From an uncultured bacterium (GTDB lineage Bacteria > Patescibacteriota > Minisyncoccia > UBA6257 > 2-01-FULL-56-20): a stretch of DNA of 64,000 bases. Below the pieces are notes generated by a model, which was not told the origin of the DNA, did no database searches, and saw only the letters and a list, made by a program, of their open reading frames with translations. Each line of letters opens with the position of its first letter. Within the stretch, counting starts at the first letter, position 1. The stretch is taken from NCBI GenBank assembly GCA_963768625.1, contig CAVYIK010000003.1, forward strand, positions 454,715-518,714, read 5' to 3'. The position numbers and the translations under genes were made by a program. Positions 41,863-51,893 of the stretch are shown one piece after another.

Positions 41863-43089
41863 ATGACGTTGACGTTGCTCAGTCGCAGAGAGGTACCATT
41901 CGCCACTGAAGGCGAGGACACGCATGGCCTCAGGGTCATACGCGAGGATTGGACGGAGTACAATGACACGGGAATAATGACGCATTGGAAGTACGATCTT
42001 CCCGATGGCGTCGTTGTTTTCGGGCTCACGACCGACAAGAAGGTGATTGCTATCAAGAAGTGGCAGCCGGGGATCGGAGAGTATCCGCAGATTCCCGCCG
42101 AAACCCTTGAACCTGGCGAGCTCGCGAAACTTCGCGCAGCTCTCGCCGACAAGAATGACGTAGCGGTCGAGGGCGTCGCCGTTCGGGTCGCCCGTCGGTG
42201 CCTCTTTGAGGAAACGGGCTACACGGCAGAGACCGTCCGATTGCTCACCGTGCTCTCGCAGCACAGCGGCAAAACCCCGATGGTCCACTGTTTCTGCCTT
42301 GCGGAGGGCTGCACAAAGGCCCAAAGCGAAGGATCGGGACAGAAAGAAGAGGGCATCACGCTTCTCCCGCCCGCCGAAACGACTCGGATATGGGAGGCGC
42401 TCACGAAGTACGTGAACGACCGACCAACCGAACCCCACGGCGGCAAGAACAGCATCGTCGCCGCGGCACTCGCCATGGAGAAGGTCGGCGCATTGCGCGT
42501 TGAGCCTATCCCCGAGTTCCGCGGTACACCGACGGTGGTCGCGCTTCGCGGCCTCCCGCTTTCAGGCAAGAGCACATTGGCGCGGGGGCTCGTGGAGAAG
42601 TTCGGATGGCACCTCATCGACGTGGATGATATGCGCCACGTTGGTGCCGGTGAACCGAATCGCAGCGAAGTTCCCAATCCTTGGCTCGAGGAGGCTTCGA
42701 AGCAGAAAGAGGGCGAGGACATGCGGATTGCCTATACGTTGATGCACGAGGCCGTTCGGGCCAACATCAATCTTGGGCGATCGGTGATCGTTGTGGCAAC
42801 GTATTCCAGGCAGCCAGCGCAGCAGTTTCTGCTCGATATCGTGAAGGCGCATCCAGGTGCCCGTCTCAAAGGCATCCGATGTGTTTTCAACGATACCCTG
42901 GAGGAAGTCGAGCGGCGCATCGCGGCAAAAGACCGCGGGCGCGGCGGTTGCAAGACCGTCGAGCACTATTTCATCGACAAAAACGAGCGGCATGATTATA
43001 CCGATCTCTGGGGAGTCTGCGAGGTCAATACATCCGAGCCGCCGGAGGCCTGCGTGAAGCGGGCCGCACAGTTCATTGCAGAAGATTAG
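41863..43089 (+). CDS. Fusion protein: Nudix-like hydrolase domain + P-loop kinase (AAA_33-like) domain
   Basis: RBS ctAAGGAGGGcacgattATG. Degenerate Nudix box VEGVAVRVARRCLFEETGY. C-terminal half has Walker A LRGLPLSGKSTLARGL. Confidence 0.55.
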   Translation: MTLTLLSRREVPFATEGEDTHGLRVIREDWTEYNDTGIMTHWKYDLPDGVVVFGLTTDKKVIAIKKWQPGIGEYPQIPAETLEPGELAKLRAALADKNDVAVEGVAVRVARRCLFEETGYTAETVRLLTVLSQHSGKTPMVHCFCLAEGCTKAQSEGSGQKEEGITLLPPAETTRIWEALTKYVNDRPTEPHGGKNSIVAAALAMEKVGALRVEPIPEFRGTPTVVALRGLPLSGKSTLARGLVEKFGWHLIDVDDMRHVGAGEPNRSEVPNPWLEEASKQKEGEDMRIAYTLMHEAVRANINLGRSVIVVATYSRQPAQQFLLDIVKAHPGARLKGIRCVFNDTLEEVERRIAAKDRGRGGCKTVEHYFIDKNERHDYTDLWGVCEVNTSEPPEACVKRAAQFIAED

Positions 43090-43093
43090 CCAA

Positions 43094-43138
43094 GAGGGCG
43101 TTGCGCAGTTTGTTTGTTTGCGCAACGCCTCTTTTTTA
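43094..43138 (+). terminator. Rho-independent terminator after the Nudix-kinase gene
   Basis: Stem gagggcgttgcgca / tgcgcaacgcctc (one bulge) followed by TTTTTT. Confidence 0.65.
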
Positions 43139-43150
43139 TATTCGCCCAAG

Positions 43151-44686
43151 CTAGACGATCTGGTCGAGCAGGCTTCTGCCGGTCATGTCGGGGGGTTTCG
43201 GGATGCCCATGGCTTCAAGGAGGGTCGGCGCGACGTCGGCGAGCGAACCCAGCGTTTCAGAGGTCAGCGAATCGGCGTTCACGAATTTCCTTCCGCGATA
43301 TTTGTCCATGATGAGATGAAGCGGCACGGGGCTTGCATCATGCTGGCTTTCGGGGAGGCCGGTCACCGGGCTGATCATCTCCTCGATGTTCCCGTGGTCG
43401 CCGGTGATCGCAAGGATGACATCGGGGCCCGTCGCCACCCGGAGAACGCGGCCGATCTCGCGGTCGATCACGCGCACCGCTTCCATAGCGGCATTGTAAT
43501 CGGCGGTATGGGCGATCGTGTCGGGATTTGCATAATTCACGAGGATGAAATCGAACGCCTTGTTTTGGATCGCTTCTATCAGGCGGTCGGTGACAGCGTT
43601 TGCCATCATCGCGGGATGTTCTTCGGGATGCAGCCCGGATGCGGAGGGGATGAGCGTCCGGTATTCCCCCTTGAAAGGCGGCTCGCGCAGTCCGTTGAAG
43701 AAATAAGTTACGTGGGCGTATTTATAGGTTTCAGCGAGGCGGAGTTGGCTCATGCCGAGGTCGGAGATCACTTTCCCGAAGGGCGTCTCCACTTTGTCGG
43801 CGGGATAGATGACGGGAACGTCAAAAGAATCGTCGTAGTGGCTCATCGTGGCGAGGTAAAGATTTTTGAAGCCAAGCACGGGGAATTTATCGAAGTCCTT
43901 GAGTATGAAGGACGAAGCAAGCTGGCGAATACTGTCTTCGCGATAGTTAAAGAAGACCACCGAGTCGCCATCCTGAATCTTCTTGTCGTCTGCGAAGCGA
44001 ATAGGCGGCAGGTATTCTTCAGTGCCGCTCTCCGCATAAGCGGCTTGGATGATGGGCTCGGGATCGTCCACGACTTTGCCTATTTGCCCCGTGAGGGTTT
44101 GGTAGGCGGTCTCCGTAAGCCGCCAATTCTCGTTCCGGTCCATTGCGTAATAGCGGCCGATGAGCGAGGCGAAATATTCGCGCGGGAGCTCTGCAAGGAA
44201 ACCCTCAATCGTCCGCGGCGGGCTGTCCTTGGCGTCGGCGAAGAGCTGCAAATTGATCTTCGGGACGTTCTCTTGCTGCGCCATTTTGATGAGCGCTTTC
44301 AAGTGATCAAGCGACGCGTGGACGTTCGCCTTCGTAAGAAGCCCTACGAAGTTCACGGCGCCACCCGTCTCGCGGGCATGAGCGCAGGCGGCCTTGAGTA
44401 CTGGGTTCTCAAAAAAGCTGCCATCCTGGATGGCCATTGTGATCTTCGGAAAGTATTGATAAAGCACCTTTCCTGCGCCGAGCGTGAGGTGCCCCACCTC
44501 ACTGTTCCCGACCTCGCCCCACGGAAGGCCGATGGCGATCCCTGATGCCTGTAGGCTCGTCATGGGGTAATTCTGCCGCAGCCACTCGAAATTCTGCGGC
44601 TTCACCATGTAGATTGGGTTTGATTCGTTGTCGGCGCCGATGCCCCATCCGTCGAGCACGATGAGTACCGCGGTCTTCTTCGCCAT
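43151..44686 (-). CDS. gpmI: 2,3-bisphosphoglycerate-independent phosphoglycerate mutase
   Basis: Motifs VLIVLDGWGIG, GNSEVGHLTLGAG and ITGDHGN. The start is taken at MAKKTAV within ORF 43151-44722. Confidence 0.9.
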   Translation of the reverse strand: MAKKTAVLIVLDGWGIGADNESNPIYMVKPQNFEWLRQNYPMTSLQASGIAIGLPWGEVGNSEVGHLTLGAGKVLYQYFPKITMAIQDGSFFENPVLKAACAHARETGGAVNFVGLLTKANVHASLDHLKALIKMAQQENVPKINLQLFADAKDSPPRTIEGFLAELPREYFASLIGRYYAMDRNENWRLTETAYQTLTGQIGKVVDDPEPIIQAAYAESGTEEYLPPIRFADDKKIQDGDSVVFFNYREDSIRQLASSFILKDFDKFPVLGFKNLYLATMSHYDDSFDVPVIYPADKVETPFGKVISDLGMSQLRLAETYKYAHVTYFFNGLREPPFKGEYRTLIPSASGLHPEEHPAMMANAVTDRLIEAIQNKAFDFILVNYANPDTIAHTADYNAAMEAVRVIDREIGRVLRVATGPDVILAITGDHGNIEEMISPVTGLPESQHDASPVPLHLIMDKYRGRKFVNADSLTSETLGSLADVAPTLLEAMGIPKPPDMTGRSLLDQIV

Positions 44687-44795
44687 AGCTCCATTGTAGC
44701 CCAGGCAGGGTTGACGCACCAATCTTTTCGAGTTAATCTTAGAGTAATTAAAGAGTCATTAATAAAAATGAAGACATCGGGAATTAACTATCATT

Positions 44796-46262
44796 ATGGC
44801 AACAGCGCTTATCGCGGCGGCCTGTCTTTTGGTTGGCGTAACGGCAGGCTACTTTGCCCGCCGATACTGGGCCGCTAGCCGCTTAGGGGAGACCGAAGAA
44901 AAAATACGTCGTAATCTTGCAGAAGCGGAAGCCAAGGCCGCGTCGCTTCTTGTTGAGGTAAGGAACGAGGAGAAGGAACGGCGGAAGGAGATCGACGCGC
45001 TCGAGAAGCGCCTGCTCAACAAGGAAGAAGCGCTCGACAAGCGGTCGGGCGACCTTCTGGGCCAGGAAAAGGAAATGCGCGTCCGCGAGGACAAGGTAAA
45101 GGTGGGGGAGACGGAGATGGAAACGCGCCTGCAAAAAATAAGCGGGCTTTCGGCGGCTGAAGCAAAGGAGGAGATCATCCGCCGCGTGCGGGAGAGCCGC
45201 GCGCAGGACCTGGCGCAGCTCGTCCAGAAAATGGACCGGGAGAATCATGACGAGATTGAGAAGAAGGCCTCGGATATCATTACGACCGCACTCCAGCGCT
45301 ATGCCCGCTCGCACGTTTCGGAGATCACGACGACGCTCCTTCCCTTGAGCGACGAAGAGCTGAAGGGGAAGATCATCGGCCGGGAAGGCAGGAACATACG
45401 GGCCTTGGAGCGCGCGACCGGCGTGGAATTCATAATCGACGAAGCGCCGGAGGCCATCATCATTTCCTCATTTGACCCGTACCGGCGCGAAGTGGCCCGA
45501 CTCGCACTTGAGCGTTTGATCAAGGACGGTCGTATACAGCCGGCAAAGATAGAGGAGAAAGTGGAGGAAGCGAAAGCGGACCTCGCGAAGCGCACACAGG
45601 AGATCGGCGAAGCGGCGGCACAGGACCTCGGTGTTTTTGATCTGCCGAAGGAACTCTTGCAGATGGTCGGACGCCTCCATTTCCGGACAAGCTACGGGCA
45701 GAACGTGCTCACGCACTCCGTAGAAATGGCCTACATTTCCGAAATGATGGCGCGGGAGCTCGGATTGAACGCGGAGGTCGCAAAAAAAGGTGCACTCCTT
45801 CACGATATCGGGAAAGCGATCGACCACGAGGTCGAGGGGACGCATGTGGACCTTGGCATGAAGCTCCTCAAGAAATATAACATTGACGAGCGCGTGATCG
45901 AAGCGATGCAATCGCACCACGACGACTATCCGTACGCCCGGCCGGAGGCATATGTGGTAACTGCGGCGGACGTGCTCTCGGCGGCCCGGCCCGGCGCGCG
46001 GCGCGGCACACTCGAGAATTACGTGAAGCGCCTCGGCGACCTCGAAAAGATCGCGATGGAGTTTCCGGGCGTAAAACAGGCCTACGCCATCTCCGCGGGC
46101 CGCGAATTGAGGGTTTTTGTGGTTCCGGAGAAGGTAGACGACTTCCGCGCGCTCGAGCTTGCGGGGGAGATTGCGAACCGGATACAATCCGAGTTAAAAT
46201 ATCCTGGAGAGATAAAAGTGAATGTCATCCGGGAGATCCGGGCCGTGGAGTACGCCAGATAA
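44796..46262 (+). CDS. rny: Ribonuclease Y
   Basis: N-terminal TM helix, a coiled-coil, KH domain (IIGREGRNIRALE) and HD domain (HSVEMAYISEMMA...LLHDIGKA). Confidence 0.9.
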   Translation: MATALIAAACLLVGVTAGYFARRYWAASRLGETEEKIRRNLAEAEAKAASLLVEVRNEEKERRKEIDALEKRLLNKEEALDKRSGDLLGQEKEMRVREDKVKVGETEMETRLQKISGLSAAEAKEEIIRRVRESRAQDLAQLVQKMDRENHDEIEKKASDIITTALQRYARSHVSEITTTLLPLSDEELKGKIIGREGRNIRALERATGVEFIIDEAPEAIIISSFDPYRREVARLALERLIKDGRIQPAKIEEKVEEAKADLAKRTQEIGEAAAQDLGVFDLPKELLQMVGRLHFRTSYGQNVLTHSVEMAYISEMMARELGLNAEVAKKGALLHDIGKAIDHEVEGTHVDLGMKLLKKYNIDERVIEAMQSHHDDYPYARPEAYVVTAADVLSAARPGARRGTLENYVKRLGDLEKIAMEFPGVKQAYAISAGRELRVFVVPEKVDDFRALELAGEIANRIQSELKYPGEIKVNVIREIRAVEYAR

Positions 46263-46291
46263 ATTTTCAATTTACCAACTTTCAATTTTCA

Positions 46292-47740
46292 ATGGATAGC
46301 ATTGCAAATCACCCCGTCACGCTCGCCGTCATCATCGCGCTGCCGCTCATGGGCATCGTCGCGCGGTTTTTCGGGATCACCTTCAAGCGTATCGCGACGT
46401 GGTATCTTTACGTCGCGGTCTTCGCGATCGTCATCGTGATGAACTCGGTCTTTTTCCCCTTCATCGGCGGAAAGGATTATTTCTTCCGGTTTGCGGTTGA
46501 GCTCGCGCTTATCTTCTTTGTGCTTTGGTGGGCATTTGAAGCGCGGGTAGGGGAAGCGAAGGAACTTTTCAATTCAATAAAGAAGAGGCCGCTCTTCCTT
46601 GCGGTTTCGGCATTCGTCCTCATGGTCCTTCTCTCCTGCCTTTTTGCATATGACATGCATGCGGCGTTCTGGTCCAACTATGAACGCGGCGAAGGCGGTT
46701 TTCAGATGATCCACTACTATATCTTTTTCGTCCTGCTGCTGCTTCTCTTGCGAACAGAAAAGGAGTGGCAGAACATCTTCAAATACTCGCTTGTTGCAGC
46801 CGGCCTCATGATCCTCTACGGCCTCGGTGGCAGCTTTGTTGTCTCGGGTTTTATCGGCCCTTATGCGGGCGGCGGACCTCCCGCTGGTTGGTGGCACGAA
46901 TTAGTGGATGGTCGCTTCCAGGGGTCTCTTGGTAACCCTGCCTACGTCGCTCCCTACCTTATTTTCTCCATGTTTTTCGCTGCCTATCTTTGGGTCAAGC
47001 GTAAAGCGGCTGGCACTGCGAGCGCCTTCGTGCAATGGGGCTACGGCGTTCTCATCGCGATCTTCTTGTTCTTCTTTGTCTTAAGTCAGACGCGTGGCGC
47101 TTTCTTGGGCTTGGCCGCCGGCGTATTCGTGCTCCTGCTCTACTTCGTCGTCGCTGGCCGCGGTGCGCTCCGAAAGTGGTCCACGATCGCTTTGGCCATT
47201 GTGATCGTTTTGGGCGGCGGAGCATTCGCTCTCAGAAATACCTCTTTTGTGCAGAGTTTTCCGGAAGGCCGGCTTCTGCAGATAAGCACTTCCGACTACA
47301 CGGCCCAGACCAGGTTCTGGGTTTGGGGCGAGGCATGGAAAGGTTTTTTGGAACGCCCCGTGTTCGGATGGGGCCCGGAGAATTTCACCGCCGTATACGA
47401 TAAATTTTTCGATCCCCGGTTCTTCGTCCCCGGGCAGAGCACCGAGACGTGGTTTGACCGCGCGCACAGCGTATTCTTCGATTACCTCGCGGAGACCGGC
47501 GCGCTCGGCCTTTTGAGCTACCTCTCCATTTTCTTTATTTTCTTCTGGTCGTTCTTCCGCCGGAAGGGCGATGCATCAACGCCCCTCTTGGAACGCGGGC
47601 TTATTCTTGCGCTTCCCGTAGCGTATCTCGTGCAAGGCGCCGCGATCTTTGATGTGCTGCCGATGTATCTCAACCTGTTCCTTTTCATCGCTTTCGCCTG
47701 TTATCATTTTTCTTCACACAACAATGGACAGAACCATTAA
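46292..47740 (+). CDS. O-antigen ligase/polymerase-like (Wzy_C) polytopic membrane protein
   Basis: 482 aa with more than 10 TM helices. LSQTRGAFLGLAAG loop and a periplasmic WGPENF...FDRAHSVFFDYLAETGALG segment. Confidence 0.55.
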   Translation: MDSIANHPVTLAVIIALPLMGIVARFFGITFKRIATWYLYVAVFAIVIVMNSVFFPFIGGKDYFFRFAVELALIFFVLWWAFEARVGEAKELFNSIKKRPLFLAVSAFVLMVLLSCLFAYDMHAAFWSNYERGEGGFQMIHYYIFFVLLLLLLRTEKEWQNIFKYSLVAAGLMILYGLGGSFVVSGFIGPYAGGGPPAGWWHELVDGRFQGSLGNPAYVAPYLIFSMFFAAYLWVKRKAAGTASAFVQWGYGVLIAIFLFFFVLSQTRGAFLGLAAGVFVLLLYFVVAGRGALRKWSTIALAIVIVLGGGAFALRNTSFVQSFPEGRLLQISTSDYTAQTRFWVWGEAWKGFLERPVFGWGPENFTAVYDKFFDPRFFVPGQSTETWFDRAHSVFFDYLAETGALGLLSYLSIFFIFFWSFFRRKGDASTPLLERGLILALPVAYLVQGAAIFDVLPMYLNLFLFIAFACYHFSSHNNGQNH

Positions 47741-48371
47741 GCAGACAATAGGGGTAGTCGTCACGGCGGCCATTTTGGGGGTTGCATATTATGGTTCGTA
47801 TCTTCCTTTAGGGAAGGCCCAGTCCTTCATCGCAACGCTGCAGGATTTCCAATCAAAGCCACCGGTATCGTTGCAGGACCTTGAGGATAGGCTCTCGCCC
47901 CCGTTGGACGCGCCGTCCCCGATCGGGCAGGAAGAGCTTGTACGAAATGCGGCAAACAGCGTCCTTGGCCTCGTGCAGAGAGGCATTGATGCGACTTCAA
48001 CTGCCGGCCTCGTCGCCTACTTGAACTCCTATTACAACCCTATCCTTTCCACGGGGAAGGGCATGAGCTTCGGCCAGGATGCCTATCTTGAAGGTGCGAT
48101 CAATGAGATCGCGTTCGCCCACACGGGCGACCCCAATTATCTTTTGGCAGCAAAACAGAGCTATCTTATGGGAGAAGCACTCGGCCCCAACCGTCCACAG
48201 CCGCTCTATGGATTGTTTGATGTGTACCGGGCGATGGGCGACGTGACGGACACGACGGCAATCGCGCAAAAGATACTCGCCAATTGGCCGACGGATTCAA
48301 ACATAGGGCCGGCGCTCGCGCAATTTTTGACTTCCGTGAAGGCTGCGAAATCGAATACCAAGAGCAAGTAA
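47724..48371 (+). CDS. Membrane-anchored hypothetical protein
   Basis: The start is taken at MDRTIKQTIGVVVTAAILGVAYY within ORF 47649-48371. It overlaps the preceding gene's end. Helical soluble domain. Confidence 0.4.
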   Translation: MDRTIKQTIGVVVTAAILGVAYYGSYLPLGKAQSFIATLQDFQSKPPVSLQDLEDRLSPPLDAPSPIGQEELVRNAANSVLGLVQRGIDATSTAGLVAYLNSYYNPILSTGKGMSFGQDAYLEGAINEIAFAHTGDPNYLLAAKQSYLMGEALGPNRPQPLYGLFDVYRAMGDVTDTTAIAQKILANWPTDSNIGPALAQFLTSVKAAKSNTKSK

Positions 48372-48375
48372 GGCT

Positions 48376-49356
48376 ATGCCGCAAAAAACGGCTCTCGTCT
48401 GCGGGGCGGGCGGGTTCATCGGGGCCCATTTGGCAAGACGCCTTGTGCGGGAGGGCTATTGGGTGCGTAGCACCGACCGGAAAGAGTCGCAGTTCAACAA
48501 GAGCAAAGCCGCTGATTTTATGAACGGCGACCTTTCGGACCAGGTGTTCGCGAAGAAGGTATTTGACCGTCCGTTTGACGAGGTCTATCAGCTTGCCGCC
48601 GACATGGGCGGTGCGGGATACGTCTTCACGGGCGAACATGACGCCGACATTTTGCAGACCTCCGCGGCGGTGAACCTGAACGTTTTGAGATACGGCTGCG
48701 CGAGCGGGATGAAAAAGATATTTTATTCTTCTTCCGCCTGTATCTATCCCGCGTACAACCAGGAAGACCCGGACAACCCCAAGTGTTCCGAAGATTCCGC
48801 CTATCCCGCGGCGCCGGACAGCGAATATGGATGGGAAAAACTTTTCAGCGAGCACCTTTATCTTGCGATGCACCGGAACTACGGCCTTGCGGTGCGCGTC
48901 GCCCGCTTCCACAACATATTCGGTCCCGAAGGCACATGGAACGGCGGCCGCGAAAAAGCGCCCGCCGCGATGTGCCGAAAAGTGGCGGAGACGCCGGATG
49001 GCGGGACGATCGAGATGTGGGGCGACGGCAAACAGACGCGTTCATTCCTCTACGTTGATGAATGCCTGGAGGGCGTGCGCCGGCTCATGGATTCCGATTT
49101 CATAGGGCCGGTGAACATCGGCTCGGAGGAAATGGTCACGATCAACCAGCTTGCGGAAATGACGATGAAGATCGCCGGCAAAAAGCTTTCAATAAAACAC
49201 GTTCCGGGCCCGCTCGGTGTGCGCGGGCGCAATTCCGACAATCGGCTGATCCGCGAGAAGCTCGGTTGGGCGCCGAAGGTATCGCTTGAAGACGGCATGC
49301 GTAAGACGTATGCGTGGATCCGCGAACAGGCCGAGAAGGCTGGCACGGCGAAGTAG
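48376..49356 (+). CDS. GDP-mannose 3,5-epimerase-like SDR
   Basis: GAGGFIGAHL, SSACIYP, and the long block FHNIFGPEGTWNGGREKAPAAMCRK...MWGDGKQTRSF..DEC.EG closely resembles plant/bacterial GME. Confidence 0.7.
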   Translation: MPQKTALVCGAGGFIGAHLARRLVREGYWVRSTDRKESQFNKSKAADFMNGDLSDQVFAKKVFDRPFDEVYQLAADMGGAGYVFTGEHDADILQTSAAVNLNVLRYGCASGMKKIFYSSSACIYPAYNQEDPDNPKCSEDSAYPAAPDSEYGWEKLFSEHLYLAMHRNYGLAVRVARFHNIFGPEGTWNGGREKAPAAMCRKVAETPDGGTIEMWGDGKQTRSFLYVDECLEGVRRLMDSDFIGPVNIGSEEMVTINQLAEMTMKIAGKKLSIKHVPGPLGVRGRNSDNRLIREKLGWAPKVSLEDGMRKTYAWIREQAEKAGTAK

Positions 49357-49357
49357 C

Positions 49358-50254
49358 ATGGTCACTGTTTTTTTGCGCGGCGGACTGGGCAACCAGATGT
49401 TCCAATACGCGGCCGGCCTGTCCCTCGCGAAGAAGAACAGGGCAGAGCTCGTCCTCGACACCGTCCATCTCCGCGACCGTTTCCCGCGGCCCCGGTTTTC
49501 CTACCGCGCCTACGACCTCGGCGTGTTCGCGATCGAGCCGCAGTTCACGGCGCTCTCGCGCCTCGCGGATAAGTTTCCCGTTCCCGGCGCCTGGCTTGGC
49601 CTCGACCTTTTGGGCATCGCTTTCGGGCACGCGTTTGGGGCGAAAAAGGTGATCCGCGAAAAGAGCAGCGCATTCGATCCGTCCGTGCTCGCCGCGCGTG
49701 GGAAAGTCCTTTTATATGGCAGGTGGCAGAGCGAAAAATATTTTGCGGACGTAAAAGACGATGTCCGCGCCGCATTCCGGTTCCGCCAGCCGCTCGCGGG
49801 CGATGCGAAAGCGCTCGCGGGGAAGATCGCGGGTTGCAATTCCGTTTCGCTCCATGTGCGCCGCGGCGATTACGCCGCCTTCAAGAACGTGGAGCAATTG
49901 ATGGGCAAGACCGACCTCGCTTACTACAACCGCGCGGCGAACTATATCGCCGGGCGTGCGAAAGACCCGCAGTTCTTCGTCTTTTCGGACGACATCGCAT
50001 GGTGTCGCGCGAATCTCAAGCTTCCGTTCCCGGCAACCTACGTGGACGATGCTTCGCGCGGCCCGAAAGCCGCGTTCCACCTCGAACTTATGTCGCGGTG
50101 CAAGCACAATATAATTACGAACAGCACCTTTTCCTGGTGGGGCGCATGGCTGAATGCGAATCCGGGAAAGATGGTCATCACGCCCGCGCATTGGTATGCC
50201 GATAAGACGAAGATCAACGAGGATATCATTCCCGCCGGTTGGGTGAAAATCTGA
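49358..50254 (+). CDS. Glycosyltransferase family 11 (alpha-1,2-fucosyltransferase-like)
   Basis: GGLGNQMFQYAAG, SLHVRRGDY and NSTFSWWGAWLN motifs. The start is taken at MVTVFL within ORF 49286. Confidence 0.8.
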   Translation: MVTVFLRGGLGNQMFQYAAGLSLAKKNRAELVLDTVHLRDRFPRPRFSYRAYDLGVFAIEPQFTALSRLADKFPVPGAWLGLDLLGIAFGHAFGAKKVIREKSSAFDPSVLAARGKVLLYGRWQSEKYFADVKDDVRAAFRFRQPLAGDAKALAGKIAGCNSVSLHVRRGDYAAFKNVEQLMGKTDLAYYNRAANYIAGRAKDPQFFVFSDDIAWCRANLKLPFPATYVDDASRGPKAAFHLELMSRCKHNIITNSTFSWWGAWLNANPGKMVITPAHWYADKTKINEDIIPAGWVKI

Positions 50255-50290
50255 CGCGGGAATTGACTTACCGTTTGTTTTGCAGCATTA

Positions 50291-50862
50291 TTGATAGCGA
50301 TGATAAAAGAATACCTTGCTGAATCGCAGGCGCTTGCGGGGGTGCTCGCTAAAGATGCTACGCTTCCGCAACGATTCGAAAAAACCGTGGACACGGTTGT
50401 TACTGCGTTCAAGACGGGCCATAAGGTGCTTGCGGCAGGGAATGGCGGGAGCGCCGCGGACGCCCAGCACTTTTCCGCAGAGTTTGTGGGGAAGTATAAG
50501 ATGGTTCGCGATGCGTATCCCGCGATCGCGCTTACGACAGATGTTTCCGTCCTCACCGCGTGGGCAAACGATGTCGCGTTCGAAGGTATTTTTGAGCGCC
50601 AGATAGAGGGGCTTGGGAAGAAGGGAGATGTGTTTTTTGGGATTTCAACAAGCGGCAATTCAAAGAATGTCATAGCGGCTCTCGCAAAGGCGAAGAGCAT
50701 GGGGCTCACGACCGTTGCCATGCTTGGTGGTGATGGCGGGCAGACAAAGGGGATGGCCGACATCGAATTTATCATCCCTTCAAAAAACACCCCCGAATCC
50801 AGGAGATGCACAAGCTTTTTCTCCACAGCATTGCCGAGGAGGCCGAGAAGCGAATGTCATGA
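50291..50862 (+). CDS. gmhA: SIS-domain sedoheptulose-7-phosphate isomerase (GmhA-like), one 3' frameshift
   Basis: [18 protein letters not shown] and [12 protein letters not shown]. The C-terminal [15 protein letters not shown] appears only after a shift at the C5 run 50790-50794. Its stop overlaps the gmd ATG. Confidence 0.75.
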
Positions 50863-51890
50863 ACACAACGAATAAAAAAGCCCTTATCACCGGCGTCACT
50901 GGCCAGGATGGGAGCTATCTCGCGGAGCTTTTGCTTAAAAAAGGATACGAAGTGCACGGGATCATCCGGCGCTCTTCATCGTTGAATACCGCCCGTCTCG
51001 ATCATATTTACGTTGACCCTCGCGAGAGAGGAGCGCGGCTCTATACCCATTATGGCGATCTCGCCGATGCGAATACGATCCGGAAGTTGATCTACGCGAT
51101 CAAGCCGGACGAGATCTATAATCTTGGGGCGCAATCCCACGTACGCGTTTCGTTCGACATCCCGGAATATACCGGTAATATAACTGGCCTTGGGACCCTT
51201 CGCATCCTTGAGGCCATAAAGGATTACGAGGCGGATACCGGTAATAAGGTAAGGTTTTATCAGGCCTCGAGCTCCGAAATGTTCGGCGCTGCGCCGCCGC
51301 CGCAGAATGAAGAGACAAAATTCTATCCGCGGAGTCCCTATGGCACGGCAAAAGTATTTGCATTTGATACGACGCGTAACTATCGCGAGGCCTACGGTAT
51401 TTTTGCGGCGAACGGCATACTTTTCAACCACGAATCGGAGCGCCGCGGCCATAATTTCGTTACGCGGAAAGTTACGACTGGTATCGCGCGGATCCTCGCG
51501 GGATTGGACAAAAAGCTCTATCTTGGCAATTTGAGCGCGCACCGCGATTGGGGCTACGCTCCCGAATACGTTGAAGCGATCTGGCTGATGCTTCAGCAGC
51601 CGGAACCAGAGGACTATGTGATTGGCAGCGGAGTGTCGCACAGCGTGGAAGATTTTGTCTCCACCGCTTTTAAGCAGGTAGGCATCACCGATTGGAAAAA
51701 GTATGTTGAGATAGATTCGCGCTATTACCGCCCTACGGAGGTGGAACGTCTCGTGGCTGATGCTACGAAGGCAAAGAGGAAATTGCATTGGGAGCCGAAG
51801 ACCGGATTCGAAGCATTAGTAAAAAAGATGCTCAAGCATGATCTTGAAAATCACGGCCTCCGTGACTACGCGGAGAAAATAATATTATAA
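50859..51890 (+). CDS. gmd: GDP-mannose 4,6-dehydratase
   Basis: [52 protein letters not shown] and FNHESERRG. Confidence 0.9.
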   Translation: MNTTNKKALITGVTGQDGSYLAELLLKKGYEVHGIIRRSSSLNTARLDHIYVDPRERGARLYTHYGDLADANTIRKLIYAIKPDEIYNLGAQSHVRVSFDIPEYTGNITGLGTLRILEAIKDYEADTGNKVRFYQASSSEMFGAAPPPQNEETKFYPRSPYGTAKVFAFDTTRNYREAYGIFAANGILFNHESERRGHNFVTRKVTTGIARILAGLDKKLYLGNLSAHRDWGYAPEYVEAIWLMLQQPEPEDYVIGSGVSHSVEDFVSTAFKQVGITDWKKYVEIDSRYYRPTEVERLVADATKAKRKLHWEPKTGFEALVKKMLKHDLENHGLRDYAEKIIL

Positions 51891-51893
51891 GAC

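Noticed and set aside
43076-44545. A 489-aa plus-strand ORF, and many other long ORFs antisense to confidently identified genes: 699-1214(-), 31076-31978(-), 32830-33609(-), 37122-37742(+), 37717-38364(+), 38504-39454(+), 45468-46187(-), 50038-50826(-), 50976-51788(-), 52077-52880(-), 54427-55350(-), 61206-61841(-).
   Set aside because: Each lies opposite a gene with clear family motifs (gpmI, tsaE, argS, ileS, rnj, the SBP, rny, gmhA/gmd, the methyltransferase, the GT, an SDR). Their translations are low-complexity Arg/Ala/Pro-rich, as expected for shadow ORFs in GC-rich DNA.
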